The notes beneath the pieces were generated by a model. It saw only the letters and a program-made list of their open reading frames with translations, searched no databases and was not told the origin of the DNA. A DNA stretch of 56,745 bases from Actinomycetes bacterium (lineage in GTDB: Bacteria > Actinomycetota > Acidimicrobiia > Acidimicrobiales > Aldehydirespiratoraceae). The position numbers and the translations under genes were made by a program. The stretch's first letter is position 1. Every line of letters starts with the position of its first letter. The stretch is taken from NCBI GenBank assembly GCA_024276355.1, contig JAJRXJ010000315.1, forward strand, positions 1-56,745, read 5' to 3'. This document shows, piece by piece, positions 8,502 to 17,666 of this stretch.

Positions 8502-10766
8502 GTGCGTGGAATAGTCAGACTCCTGCGCCTGGCCGCTGTGATAGCGGGTGGAGCGCTCGCGACTGTGGTGTCGCTGGCCGCGCTCGCACCCAGGGTAGGC
8601 GAGATCTTCACGGCGAATGTTTCCACTTCCGCCGAGGTCAATCTCGATCAGCTGGCACTTCGTTCCATCGTCTACGACGCCAACGGTGACCAGTTCGATG
8701 TTCTCTACGACGTCGAGAACCGTGCACTGGTGAAACTGCCGGACATCAGCCACGAGCTGATCACGTCGGTGGTCACCGTGGAGGATGCCGGTTTCTGGCA
8801 GCACAACGGGGTCGATGCGGCTGCCATCGCGCGGGCACTGGTGCGAAACGTCTCCGCCGGCGGAATCCAGCAGGGCGGGTCGACCATCACACAGCAGCTG
8901 ATCAAGAACGGGGTGGTGGGCAATGCCCGCAACCTCGACCGCAAGGTCCCTGAGGCCGCTCTGGCGATCCGTCTCGAACGTCAGTTGACAAAGCAGGAAA
9001 TCCTCGAGGCCTACCTCAACACGGTGTACTTCGGCGGCGGTACCTACGGGGTGAGAGCGGCGGCGGAGGTCTATTTCGGCGTTGAGCCGAGCGAACTCGA
9101 CTGGGGTCAGTCGGCCTTGCTGGCCAGCCTCATCTCCAATCCGGTGCAATACGACCCGACCAGATTCCCCGACGTGGCCCGCGAGCGGCGTCGTATCGCG
9201 CTGAAGCTGCTGCTGAACGCCGGAGACATCACCCAGGCCCAATTCGACAGATACAACGATTCGGATGTGCCATCCACCAGGAGAGTGGCCGTCCAGTGGC
9301 AGCCCTCCAATTACTTCATCGAGGAGGTGCGCAGTCAGCTTCTGGCCGACAAGCGACTGGGCGATACCAAGGCCGAGCGGGAAGAGGCGGTGTTCGGGGG
9401 TGGGTTGCGCGTGTTCACCACCTACGACCCGGTCGCCCAGGCACAGATCGAAAAGGCAATCGCCGACAACCTGCCCGACGACCCGCGTTTCTTCACGGCG
9501 GCCAGTGCGAGTGTGGAGCCGGGAACCGGGGCGGTCCGGGCCCTGGTCGGTGGACCAGGATTCGATCTGTTCAAGTACGACATTGCCACTCACCCGAATG
9601 GGCGTCCGACCGGTTCCGCCTTCAAGCCGTTCGTCTTGGCGGCCGCGATGGAGAAGGGGTTTGTTCCCGCCGACCAGGTGAGCGGACTCAGCCCGTGCGA
9701 GTTCGACAACCCCGGCGGCGACCCTGATCCATACGAGGCCTCCAACTTCGGTGGCGGCAAGGGTGCGTTCCAGGCGATCTACTCCCAAACTCTCGCATCA
9801 TCCAACTGTGCGTATCTTCGATTGGGTCAGATAGTGGGACTGTCCAATGTTGCCGACACCGCCCGAGCGCTCGGGATAAAGGCCGACATGTCCGAACTGC
9901 CCATGTCCATGCCGCTCGGCCCCCTCGAGATCACCCCACTCGAAATGGCCACGGCCTACGCAACCTTCGCCAACGACGGCGTCCATGTCGATCCGATCTT
10001 CATAACCCGGGTCGAAGATCGTTCCGGGAATGTTCTGTTCGAAAACGTTCCCCACCCCACCCGTGCCATCTCAACCCAGTCGGCGAGGCTGGTGACCAAT
10101 GTGTTGGCCGCCAACGTGAGGGGCGGAACCGGCACCAGGGCCCGGCTCGAATCGCAGCCGGCCGCCGGTAAGACCGGAACCGCACAGGACTTCGGCGACG
10201 CGTGGTTTGTGGGATTCACCCCCCGTCTGGCCACCGCGATCTGGATGGGCAACCCCGACGCCAGGGTGCCGATGCGACGAGTGGCAGGGGTCGGAAATGT
10301 CACCGGAGGTTCAATCCCGGCGCGAATCTGGGGCGCGTTCAACAACGCCTACCACGCGAACCGGCCCGTCATCGAGTTCAACAAGCCCGAGCCGACTCGC
10401 GCCGGAGTGATCCTGCGCACCGACTCCGACAACGTGAAGTACAAGGAGACGGCGAAGAGTCTCTGCGGCGACCCGGAGGCCGAGGTGGACACCGACGGTG
10501 ACGGTGTCGCCGACACTTGCGTCGACCCGCAGTTCGAGTTCGACCCGAACATCGGCATATGCCCGACATTGCTCGAGCCTGTCGATGAGGACGGCGACGG
10601 CAAGACCGATGGCTGTGTTCCGCCCACCACGACCACCACGACAACGACTACGGTCCCGGACGGTACCACTCCAACGACCACCGGCGGCGGTACAACAACA
10701 ACGACGACCACCACGCCACCATCCACCGGCACCACAATCCCCCCGCCGCCCACGACCGTGCCATGA
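8502..10766 (+). CDS. Class A penicillin-binding protein (transglycosylase/transpeptidase)
   Basis: EDAGFWQHNGVD, GGSTITQQLIKN, RKVPE, ILEAYLNTVYFG; SAFK, SSN, KTGT. Start GTG 8502 precedes the TM helix. Confidence 0.95.
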   Translation: MRGIVRLLRLAAVIAGGALATVVSLAALAPRVGEIFTANVSTSAEVNLDQLALRSIVYDANGDQFDVLYDVENRALVKLPDISHELITSVVTVEDAGFWQHNGVDAAAIARALVRNVSAGGIQQGGSTITQQLIKNGVVGNARNLDRKVPEAALAIRLERQLTKQEILEAYLNTVYFGGGTYGVRAAAEVYFGVEPSELDWGQSALLASLISNPVQYDPTRFPDVARERRRIALKLLLNAGDITQAQFDRYNDSDVPSTRRVAVQWQPSNYFIEEVRSQLLADKRLGDTKAEREEAVFGGGLRVFTTYDPVAQAQIEKAIADNLPDDPRFFTAASASVEPGTGAVRALVGGPGFDLFKYDIATHPNGRPTGSAFKPFVLAAAMEKGFVPADQVSGLSPCEFDNPGGDPDPYEASNFGGGKGAFQAIYSQTLASSNCAYLRLGQIVGLSNVADTARALGIKADMSELPMSMPLGPLEITPLEMATAYATFANDGVHVDPIFITRVEDRSGNVLFENVPHPTRAISTQSARLVTNVLAANVRGGTGTRARLESQPAAGKTGTAQDFGDAWFVGFTPRLATAIWMGNPDARVPMRRVAGVGNVTGGSIPARIWGAFNNAYHANRPVIEFNKPEPTRAGVILRTDSDNVKYKETAKSLCGDPEAEVDTDGDGVADTCVDPQFEFDPNIGICPTLLEPVDEDGDGKTDGCVPPTTTTTTTTTVPDGTTPTTTGGGTTTTTTTTPPSTGTTIPPPPTTVP

Positions 10767-10805
10767 TCCGACCAGCGACGCCCCTTACCACGTGAGATCC
10801 AAACC

Positions 10806-11516
10806 ATGAGCCTCGAGCGCCTACTCCAGATCCAATCGATCGACGTTGAGATCAAACAGCTTCGTCATCGAAAGAAGACTCTTGAGCAGCGTGATCTACT
10901 GGCCGACGCACACACCGAGCGAGCATCGAAGCAGGAGGCCATCGACGAGGTGGCGGCCCGACGTGTGGAGGCCGCCAGCCGTCAGCGCCGACTGGAGGAC
11001 GAAGCCCAGACCGTCGCCGACAAGGCCGCCGCCGATGAGAAGCGTCTCTACAGCGGTGAGGTTGGGGGAATGAAGGATCTTCAGGCCCTCCAGAACGAGA
11101 TCGCCCATCTGAAGCAGCGTCAGGAATCGATCGAAGACGACGAGCTCGAAGCCATGGAGCAGGCCGAGGCGCTCCGTGCCGAGGTCGAGAAGATGGAGGC
11201 CGCGTGCGCCGATCTCGACCATCGCATCGATGTCCTGTCCCGCGAGATCTCCGAGGCCGAGCACGACATCGACGCCAAGTTGTCGGCACTCGAGGTCCAG
11301 CGTGAAGAGATGGTCCCCGAAGTCTCCCCGTCGATGTTGGCCGAGTACGAACAGCTGCGACCCACGTTCGGATCAGCGACGGTGGTGAGATTCGACGGCA
11401 AGAATTGTGTGGGCTGTCCGTCGATGATGCCCTCGATGGAGGTCGACCGTCTCAAACATGCGGAGTCCGGCACTTTGGAGCACTGCTCCGAGTGCGGTCG
11501 TATGGTCGTCAACTGA
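10806..11516 (+). CDS. Coiled-coil protein with C-terminal C4 zinc ribbon (DUF164 / CT398-like)
   Basis: LLQIQSID start, long heptad coiled coil, RLYSG, CVGC...CSECGRM. Confidence 0.88.
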   Translation: MSLERLLQIQSIDVEIKQLRHRKKTLEQRDLLADAHTERASKQEAIDEVAARRVEAASRQRRLEDEAQTVADKAAADEKRLYSGEVGGMKDLQALQNEIAHLKQRQESIEDDELEAMEQAEALRAEVEKMEAACADLDHRIDVLSREISEAEHDIDAKLSALEVQREEMVPEVSPSMLAEYEQLRPTFGSATVVRFDGKNCVGCPSMMPSMEVDRLKHAESGTLEHCSECGRMVVN

Positions 11517-11547
11517 ATCTCGTCGACCCGGCATCGGAGTTGTGGAA

Positions 11548-12036
11548 ATGTTCTTCTGGTTCCTGGCGTCCGCGGTGCTGATGGTGTTCTTCGTGTTCGA
11601 CAGCCCCGCGGCCGATTATCGATTTGTGGCCCTTGGCGGTGTGTTGCCGTTGATCGAGGATCTCACCGGCAGGCCCCTCGTTCTCCACACGCTTGTGGGC
11701 CCGGTGGCGTTGATGGCTTTGATCATGCTGGCCACCCGCGGGCGTCGAATCCTCCGGCGTCAACTACTCGGGCTTCCCATCGGCTCCTTCGTGTTCTTGC
11801 TGGTTGCCGGCATTTGGGCTCGAACTTCGTTGTTCTGGTGGCCGATGGCCGGCTTCGACGCGATAGCCACCGGCCCGCTTCCGGAGTTCGATAGGCCGTT
11901 CGTGCTGCTGGTCCTCTTGGAGAGCGTGGGAGTGGCCGGGCTGCTATGGCTGGCCATTCGGGTCCGTCTGGCCGATGAGGGGAACGCTTCGAGACTTCTT
12001 CAAACCGGACGGTTGCCCAGGAACCCCGCTCCATGA
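11548..12036 (+). CDS. Hypothetical membrane protein
   Basis: Several hydrophobic helices; DYRFVALGGVLP, LHTL and FWWP motifs. Start ATG 11548. Confidence 0.75.
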   Translation: MFFWFLASAVLMVFFVFDSPAADYRFVALGGVLPLIEDLTGRPLVLHTLVGPVALMALIMLATRGRRILRRQLLGLPIGSFVFLLVAGIWARTSLFWWPMAGFDAIATGPLPEFDRPFVLLVLLESVGVAGLLWLAIRVRLADEGNASRLLQTGRLPRNPAP

Positions 12037-12058
12037 GGCCAGCGGCCACCATCGCACC

Positions 12059-12652
12059 ATGCTGACCATCGTCAGGCACGGCCGGACTCTTGCCAATGCG
12101 TCCGGTGAGCTTCTGGGGCGACGCGACCCGCCCCTGGATGATCTCGGCAGGGTCCAGGCTCTCAAGATCGGCGAGGCGCTACACGACGTCGAGAGGATCA
12201 TTTCGAGCCCCTTGACACGATGCATCGAGACGGCCCAGGCCATTCGCGACTGTGGACACAACGATGTGGGGATCGAAGTCGACGAGCGCTTCATCGAGAT
12301 CGATTACGGAACTCTGGAGGGCGCTCTCGTCGGCGACGTCCCGGCCGAGACCTGGGCGCGGTGGCGATCGGACCCGAGTTGGTCCCCAGGCGGGGCCGAA
12401 AGCCTCGACGACGTTTCAATCCGGGTTGCCGATGCCCTTGATTCCCTGCGGGATTCGCGGACGGCCGACCGTTCCGTGGTGATCGTGAGCCACGTGTCGC
12501 CGATCAAGGCGGCGATCGGATGGGCGCTGGGTATGGGGCCCGACATTGCGTGGAGGTGCCACGTCGCCCAGGCGTCGATTCATCGAATCATCATCGAGGG
12601 TGATTTGCCCAGGCTGCTCGAATTCAATCAGACATCACACCTGTCGGGCTGA
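12059..12652 (+). CDS. Histidine phosphatase (phosphoglycerate mutase) family protein
   Basis: RHG catalytic motif, SSPLTRCIETA, EIDYG, VSH. Confidence 0.92.
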   Translation: MLTIVRHGRTLANASGELLGRRDPPLDDLGRVQALKIGEALHDVERIISSPLTRCIETAQAIRDCGHNDVGIEVDERFIEIDYGTLEGALVGDVPAETWARWRSDPSWSPGGAESLDDVSIRVADALDSLRDSRTADRSVVIVSHVSPIKAAIGWALGMGPDIAWRCHVAQASIHRIIIEGDLPRLLEFNQTSHLSG

Positions 12653-12658
12653 TGCCGT

Positions 12659-12877
12659 TCAGTCCGATGTTCCAGCCGAGACCGTCTCGACCACTCGCAG
12701 TTCGAGTTCTCCGGATTGGTGGAGCCTCACCTGGAGTCGGTTGTCACGAAGCACTGCGGCCATGCCGGCACGCCGAGATGCGGCCGGCGTCAGGTCACGC
12801 GTTCTGAGCATCTCCTCGGGGGAGATTCTCTTGGAGTTGAGGTCGTACATGGGCCTGTCCTTGTCCTGGTCGACCAC
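12659..12877 (-). CDS. Small hypothetical protein
   Basis: Fills the gap divergent from the XRE gene. Alternative ATG at 12850 follows AAGGACAGG. No recognisable family. Confidence 0.45.
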   Translation of the reverse strand: MVDQDKDRPMYDLNSKRISPEEMLRTRDLTPAASRRAGMAAVLRDNRLQVRLHQSGELELRVVETVSAGTSD

Positions 12878-13180
12878 GTCTCGATCGTCCGGTTGGGCGG
12901 TCGATGTTCATCCAACGTCGCCTTGGGCACGACTCTGAAGCTGATCCGATCGACCGACCCACGTTCAGAGGGCCACCGGCCCTGAGCCTGCTGTGGCGTG
13001 GTGGTCCGCTTGGATCGGCCGCCGGGGACCGGAGTCACATTCGACTTCCCGAAAGCACCATCCGGAAACGCCGCCGATTGGATTTCCCGAGGTGGGCGTG
13101 GGGGTCGTGTTGCGCCTAGAGTTCCAGTGTGGTTGGGCTTGACGAGGTGTCGATCCCAAGATCTATCGGCGGAGGTTTCC

Positions 13181-13456
13181 ATGGCGAAGAGGGCTCATGA
13201 ACAGTGTCTCGACGAGGCGGAATACGGGGCGATGATGAGAGAGACGCAGGCAAGAATTCTCGATCGTCTCGAGACAGCGAGAGCTGCGTCGCGGATCTCC
13301 CAGCGACGACTGGCGGGGGTCATCGGGGTGAACCGTGAGGCGATGCGCGACCGACTGTCCGGACGCACGCAGGTGAAGGCCCATGAGCTGGCCGCGTTGG
13401 CCGCATTCCTCCAGGTCGACATCAGCGAGTTTTTCGCCATCGGCGCCGACCACTGA
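13181..13456 (+). CDS. XRE-family helix-turn-helix regulator
   Basis: GGAGG-N5-ATG at 13181; ISQRRLAGVIGVNREAMRDRLSGRT...ELAALAAFLQVDISEFF. Confidence 0.85.
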   Translation: MAKRAHEQCLDEAEYGAMMRETQARILDRLETARAASRISQRRLAGVIGVNREAMRDRLSGRTQVKAHELAALAAFLQVDISEFFAIGADH

Positions 13457-13851
13457 TGAATTCCGGTTGGGTGGTGCCCGACGACGAGGTCGAGGTCCAC
13501 TTCGTCGCATCGGGTGGCCCGGGCGGGCAACATGCCAACAGGTCCAACACCAAGGTCGATGCCGTGTTTCGGCCGGCGGAGTCGGAGACCATGCCGGATC
13601 ACCTTCGTGAACGGGTTCTGGCCAAGCTCGGTCCGGTGGTGAGGGTTGCGGTCGACGATGAGCGGTCCCAGTACCGCAACCGGGTGTTGGCGGTTGAGAG
13701 AATCCGGGAGAAGGTTCGTGTGGCGGGGGTCGTTGAGCGCAAACGACGCCCGACGAAACCCACACGGGGAAGTCAGAGGCGGCGAGTCGACGGGAAGAAG
13801 CGCCGGGGCCAGACCAAGAGACTGCGCCGCAGACCGACCGCCGACGACTGA
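13456..13851 (+). CDS. arfB: Alternative ribosome rescue peptidyl-tRNA hydrolase ArfB
   Basis: SGGPGGQHAN (GGQ), ERSQYRNR, basic tail RRPTKPTRGSQRRRVDGKKRRGQTKRLRR. Confidence 0.93.
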   Translation: MNSGWVVPDDEVEVHFVASGGPGGQHANRSNTKVDAVFRPAESETMPDHLRERVLAKLGPVVRVAVDDERSQYRNRVLAVERIREKVRVAGVVERKRRPTKPTRGSQRRRVDGKKRRGQTKRLRRRPTADD

Positions 13852-13870
13852 GCTTTCCGCTGGCGAGGGT

Positions 13871-14210
<340 letters not shown>

Positions 14211-14234
<24 letters not shown>

Positions 14235-14618
14235 GCTGTCAAGTGTGCCGCGTCTGGCCCCGAACCACGCACCGATCACACCGATTGATGCCGCCAACAG
14301 CGCGTTGAAGACGAGCGCACCGATCGAGATGCCCCGGCCATCAGCCAGCCGCCGTGCGATTCCGAAGGTCTGGAGAATCGCGAAGGCGAGGAAGGTGGCG
14401 GCGGCACCGTGGACGAACGCCGTCGACGGTTGCTGTCTTCCGGCCAGTGCGCCACCGAGCAGGTATCCGGTGATTATCAGGAGATACAGGGCCAGGACCC
14501 ACAAGGACGTGTCGGACGAGTCATCGATCGAGGCACGGATGATCGCCGCCGGGCCGGTGAGGAGAAGCGTCATCATCGCGCCGGCGGTGACCACGCTGAG
14601 GTCGAGTTGGGAGATCAT
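14211..14618 (-). CDS. Small 4-TM membrane protein
   Basis: Start reassigned to ATG 14618; four hydrophobic helices with G/A-rich motifs (GYLLGGALAG, FVHGAAA). Confidence 0.75.
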
Positions 14619-14696
14619 GGGTATCGATGCTCCGAGACGATGGGGTCGTGGCAGTGATTGGTTGCTGAGGCTAGCGGTGCCGACAAAAGCCGCGAT

Positions 14697-14730
14697 AATT
14701 CCAACAATCATTGTTGGAATTGGGTATGGT
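14697..14730 (+). promoter_or_regulatory. Fur/PerR-type operator overlapping the leaderless fur promoter
   Basis: Perfect AT-rich 12-1-12 inverted repeat AATTCCAACAAT-C-ATTGTTGGAATT (14697-14721), then -10 TATGGT (14725-14730) and GTG 14737. Confidence 0.8.
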
Positions 14731-14736
14731 GTCCGG

Positions 14737-15219
14737 GTGCGCAGCCCGGAGACCTTGGCCCAAAGATTCAGAGAATCCGACCTGAAGGTCACCAGTCAGC
14801 GAGTGGCCGTGTTCGAGGCCCTCGGGACCATGCCCGGTCACCGAACTGCCGAACAGATTCACCGGGCAGTCATTGAGACGGTACCCAACATGTCGCTGCG
14901 CACCGTCTACCAGATCCTTCGTGAGCTGGTCGACCTGGGCGAGCTCCAGATGTTGGAGCTCGGAACCGGCGCCATCCAGTACGACCACAATTTGTCCCCC
15001 CACCATCACCTCGTGTGCAACGAGTGTGGAGCGGTGGTCGACATCCCATCCCATCTGGCCATGGTGAGCCATGAAGCCGTGGCCGATCTCGGAGTCACGG
15101 TTTCGTCGACAGAACTGGTCATGCGAGGCACGTGCCGAGCATGTTGCGACACCGGCCAGGATTCGAACAAGTCAAGATCCCAACAAACCAAGCAACAAAT
15201 AGGAGACCCCCATGCCTGA
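14737..15219 (+). CDS. Fur-family transcriptional regulator (PerR/FurA-like)
   Basis: LKVTSQRVAV, SLRTVYQIL, HHHLVCNECG, CRAC; heads an oxidative-stress operon. Confidence 0.92.
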   Translation: MRSPETLAQRFRESDLKVTSQRVAVFEALGTMPGHRTAEQIHRAVIETVPNMSLRTVYQILRELVDLGELQMLELGTGAIQYDHNLSPHHHLVCNECGAVVDIPSHLAMVSHEAVADLGVTVSSTELVMRGTCRACCDTGQDSNKSRSQQTKQQIGDPHA

Positions 15220-15631
15220 ACTGGCTGGTTCACAGACCCTCGAAAACCTCAAGGCCGCGTTCGCAGGCGAGAGCCAGGCCAACCGCCGCTACCTCTACTT
15301 CGCCCAGAAGGCCGACATCGAGGGCTACCCCGACACCGCCGCGCTGTTCCGCTCGGTCGCCGAAGGCGAGACCGGACACGCCCACGGACACCTCGACTAC
15401 ATCGCCGAGGTCGGCGATCCGGCCACCGGTGAGCCGATCGGCGACACCGAGGACAACCTCAAGGCATCGATAGCCGGTGAGACCTACGAATACACCGAGA
15501 TGTACCCGGGCATGGCGAAGACCGCCCGCGAAGAGGGCTTCGACGAAGTCGCCGAGTGGATGGAAACCCTGGCCAAGGCCGAGAAGAGCCACGCCGGCCG
15601 CTTTGGTCTCGGGCTCGAGAACCTGAGCTGA
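15212..15631 (+). CDS. rbr: Rubrerythrin (short, without rubredoxin domain)
   Basis: [44 protein letters not shown] diiron ligands; no C-terminal CxxC. Confidence 0.95.
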   Translation: MPELAGSQTLENLKAAFAGESQANRRYLYFAQKADIEGYPDTAALFRSVAEGETGHAHGHLDYIAEVGDPATGEPIGDTEDNLKASIAGETYEYTEMYPGMAKTAREEGFDEVAEWMETLAKAEKSHAGRFGLGLENLS

Positions 15632-15640
15632 ACGTCCCGC

Positions 15641-15677
15641 CTTGCCCTGCCGCCCCCACCGCGGGCGGCAGGGCAGG
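15641..15677 (+). terminator. Intra-operon hairpin after rbr
   Basis: 13-bp perfect stem TGCCCTGCCGCCC / GGGCGGCAGGGCA. Confidence 0.6.
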
Positions 15678-15719
15678 CCAGTCGAGTCTGAATCCGGCCG
15701 CCACATACAGGAGATCGAA

Positions 15720-17057
15720 GTGACCACGACCTACGACCCGTTCGACGCGGCCTATTTCGTCGAGTCCGACCTTCGTGAGGAGATGACACGGGTTTTCGAC
15801 CTGTGTCATGGATGCCGGCTCTGTTTCAAGTTCTGCGGGTCATTCCCCACGATGGTCGCGTTCATCGACGAACACGAAGATCAGGACGCCGCCCGACTCA
15901 CCAGCGACCAGCAGGATCAGGTGGTCGATGAGTGTTTCAACTGCAAGCTCTGCTACGTCAACTGCCCCTACACGCCCAACCTCCACGAGTGGAACCTCGA
16001 TTTTCCAAGGTTGATGTTGCGTGCCGAGCAGGTGTTGCATCGCGAACGAAAGCAGCCGTTGCGCCACAAGCTCGCCGACAAGGCCCTGGCCAACACCGAC
16101 CTCGTCGGTCGGGTCAACACCGCGATGGCGCCCGTTGTCAACAAGGCCATCTCCACCCCCGACAGCCGGGTTCGTCGTCTGATCGAGAAGACCGTCGGCA
16201 TCTCTTCTCAGCGTGTGCTGCCACCCTACGCCCGCCAGCGTTTCTCCACATGGTTCAAGAAACACGCGCCGCGTCTCGGTCGCGACCGGCAGGCCACGGC
16301 GGTTCTCTTTCCAACCTGCATCGTCGAATACCAGGACACCGCGGTGGGCCACGACATGGTCAAGGTCTACGAACGCAACGGCATCAGTTGCGATCTGCCT
16401 CCCGGGGAGGTCTGTTGCGGCGCGCCGTATCTTCATCATGGCGACGTCGAGACTTTTCGTGAACACGCGCGCAAGAACATCAAGGTGATTTCCGAGGCCC
16501 TCCACTCCGCCGACAGCGCCGCCGGTTCCGGTGATCCCGACGCGGTGGTGGTGGTTCCCCAGCCAACCTGCGCATACGTTCTCAAGTACGACTACGCCGA
16601 CTACGTGGGCGGTGACGACGCTGAGTTCGTGGCCTCGCGCACCCGCGATGCCGCGGAGTACCTGGTGGAGATTCGCAAAACCGACGGACTCGAGCTCGAC
16701 GAGGAATTCCCGGGCGAGGTACCGACCAGCATCACCTATCACGCTCCCTGCCACCTGAGAGCCCAGAACATGGGCCTCAAGAGTCGCGATCTCATGAAGC
16801 TCACAGGTGCCAAGATCAAGGTTGTCGCCGAATGCTCCGGCATCGACGGAACCTGGGGGCTCAAGGAACGCAACTTCGACATGGCCCGAGGAGTGGCCAA
16901 GAAGATGGCCAAGGCCATCGACTCTGCCGACAGCGAGATCGTGGCCGGCGACTGCAACCTGGCCAATGGTGGCATCGTGCTCGAGACCGGCCGAACACCG
17001 CTACACCCGCTGCAGGTTCTGGCCAGAGCCTACGGAATACCCGAGGAGAGATCGTGA
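15720..17057 (+). CDS. Rubrerythrin-associated Fe-S oxidoreductase (GlpC/HdrD-like, CCG domains)
   Basis: AGGAG RBS, GTG 15720; [34 protein letters not shown]. Confidence 0.9.
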   Translation: MTTTYDPFDAAYFVESDLREEMTRVFDLCHGCRLCFKFCGSFPTMVAFIDEHEDQDAARLTSDQQDQVVDECFNCKLCYVNCPYTPNLHEWNLDFPRLMLRAEQVLHRERKQPLRHKLADKALANTDLVGRVNTAMAPVVNKAISTPDSRVRRLIEKTVGISSQRVLPPYARQRFSTWFKKHAPRLGRDRQATAVLFPTCIVEYQDTAVGHDMVKVYERNGISCDLPPGEVCCGAPYLHHGDVETFREHARKNIKVISEALHSADSAAGSGDPDAVVVVPQPTCAYVLKYDYADYVGGDDAEFVASRTRDAAEYLVEIRKTDGLELDEEFPGEVPTSITYHAPCHLRAQNMGLKSRDLMKLTGAKIKVVAECSGIDGTWGLKERNFDMARGVAKKMAKAIDSADSEIVAGDCNLANGGIVLETGRTPLHPLQVLARAYGIPEERS

Positions 17058-17665
17058 ACACCAAGCTCACCATCGACGACATCGCCGATCAGAGAGAATA
17101 CGAACGCGAACGAGACGACTATCGATCCGGCATCATCGCCCTCAAGAAGCTGCGTCGGGTGTCGGGCGGTCCGATCATCACGTTCGTATTCGAGAATCGC
17201 GACCCGATCCGGTTCCAGATTCAGGAAATGGCCCGGGTGGAGAAGTTGCTCACCGACGAGGCGATCCAAGTCGAGCTCGACACCTACAACCCTCTGATTC
17301 CGGCCGCGGGTGAGCTGTCGGCAACAATGTTCATAGAGATGGTCACCGACGAGGAGCAACGCCACTGGAAGCCGTTGCTCATCGGCGTTCTCGATTGCAT
17401 GTGGCTCCGGATCGGATCCGGTGAAGATGCGCTGATGGTCAAGGCCGAGATCGAGGAGGCCCACGCCGAGATGCTCACCCGGGATGTGCCGCCGTCGGTC
17501 AACTATGTGAGGTTCCGGATCGGCGACGACACGGCGATACGGGCCTTCGAGACCGGCCCGGTGGAGCTCCGGGTCGAGCATCCCAACTACAACGAATCGA
17601 CTGTCCTGTCCGAAGCCACGGTGGCCGAGCTGCTGAGAGACCTGCGGGCAGAGTCGGGGATCTGA
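17054..17665 (+). CDS. DUF3501 family protein
   Basis: GTGA overlap; FENR..RFQIQEMARVE, ELDTYNPLIP, LSATMFIE, HPNY; typical neighbour of rbr. Confidence 0.88.
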   Translation: MNTKLTIDDIADQREYERERDDYRSGIIALKKLRRVSGGPIITFVFENRDPIRFQIQEMARVEKLLTDEAIQVELDTYNPLIPAAGELSATMFIEMVTDEEQRHWKPLLIGVLDCMWLRIGSGEDALMVKAEIEEAHAEMLTRDVPPSVNYVRFRIGDDTAIRAFETGPVELRVEHPNYNESTVLSEATVAELLRDLRAESGI

Positions 17666-17666
17666 C

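Noticed and set aside
8265-9788. 507-aa minus-strand ORF and the many other long antisense or alternative-frame ORFs in the track (e.g. 5303-6577, 32595-33875, 35374-36585, 49143-50405, 54120-55286)
   Set aside because: Shadow ORFs typical of high-GC DNA; they overlap motif-supported genes and show no family features
13010-13085. GCCGAT elements on both strands between the small ORF and the XRE gene as further sigma28 promoters
   Set aside because: No convincing -35 element at N14-15 spacing
12659-13456. Prophage or integrative element suggested by the XRE gene near rnpB
   Set aside because: No integrase, att repeats, phage genes or obvious compositional shift
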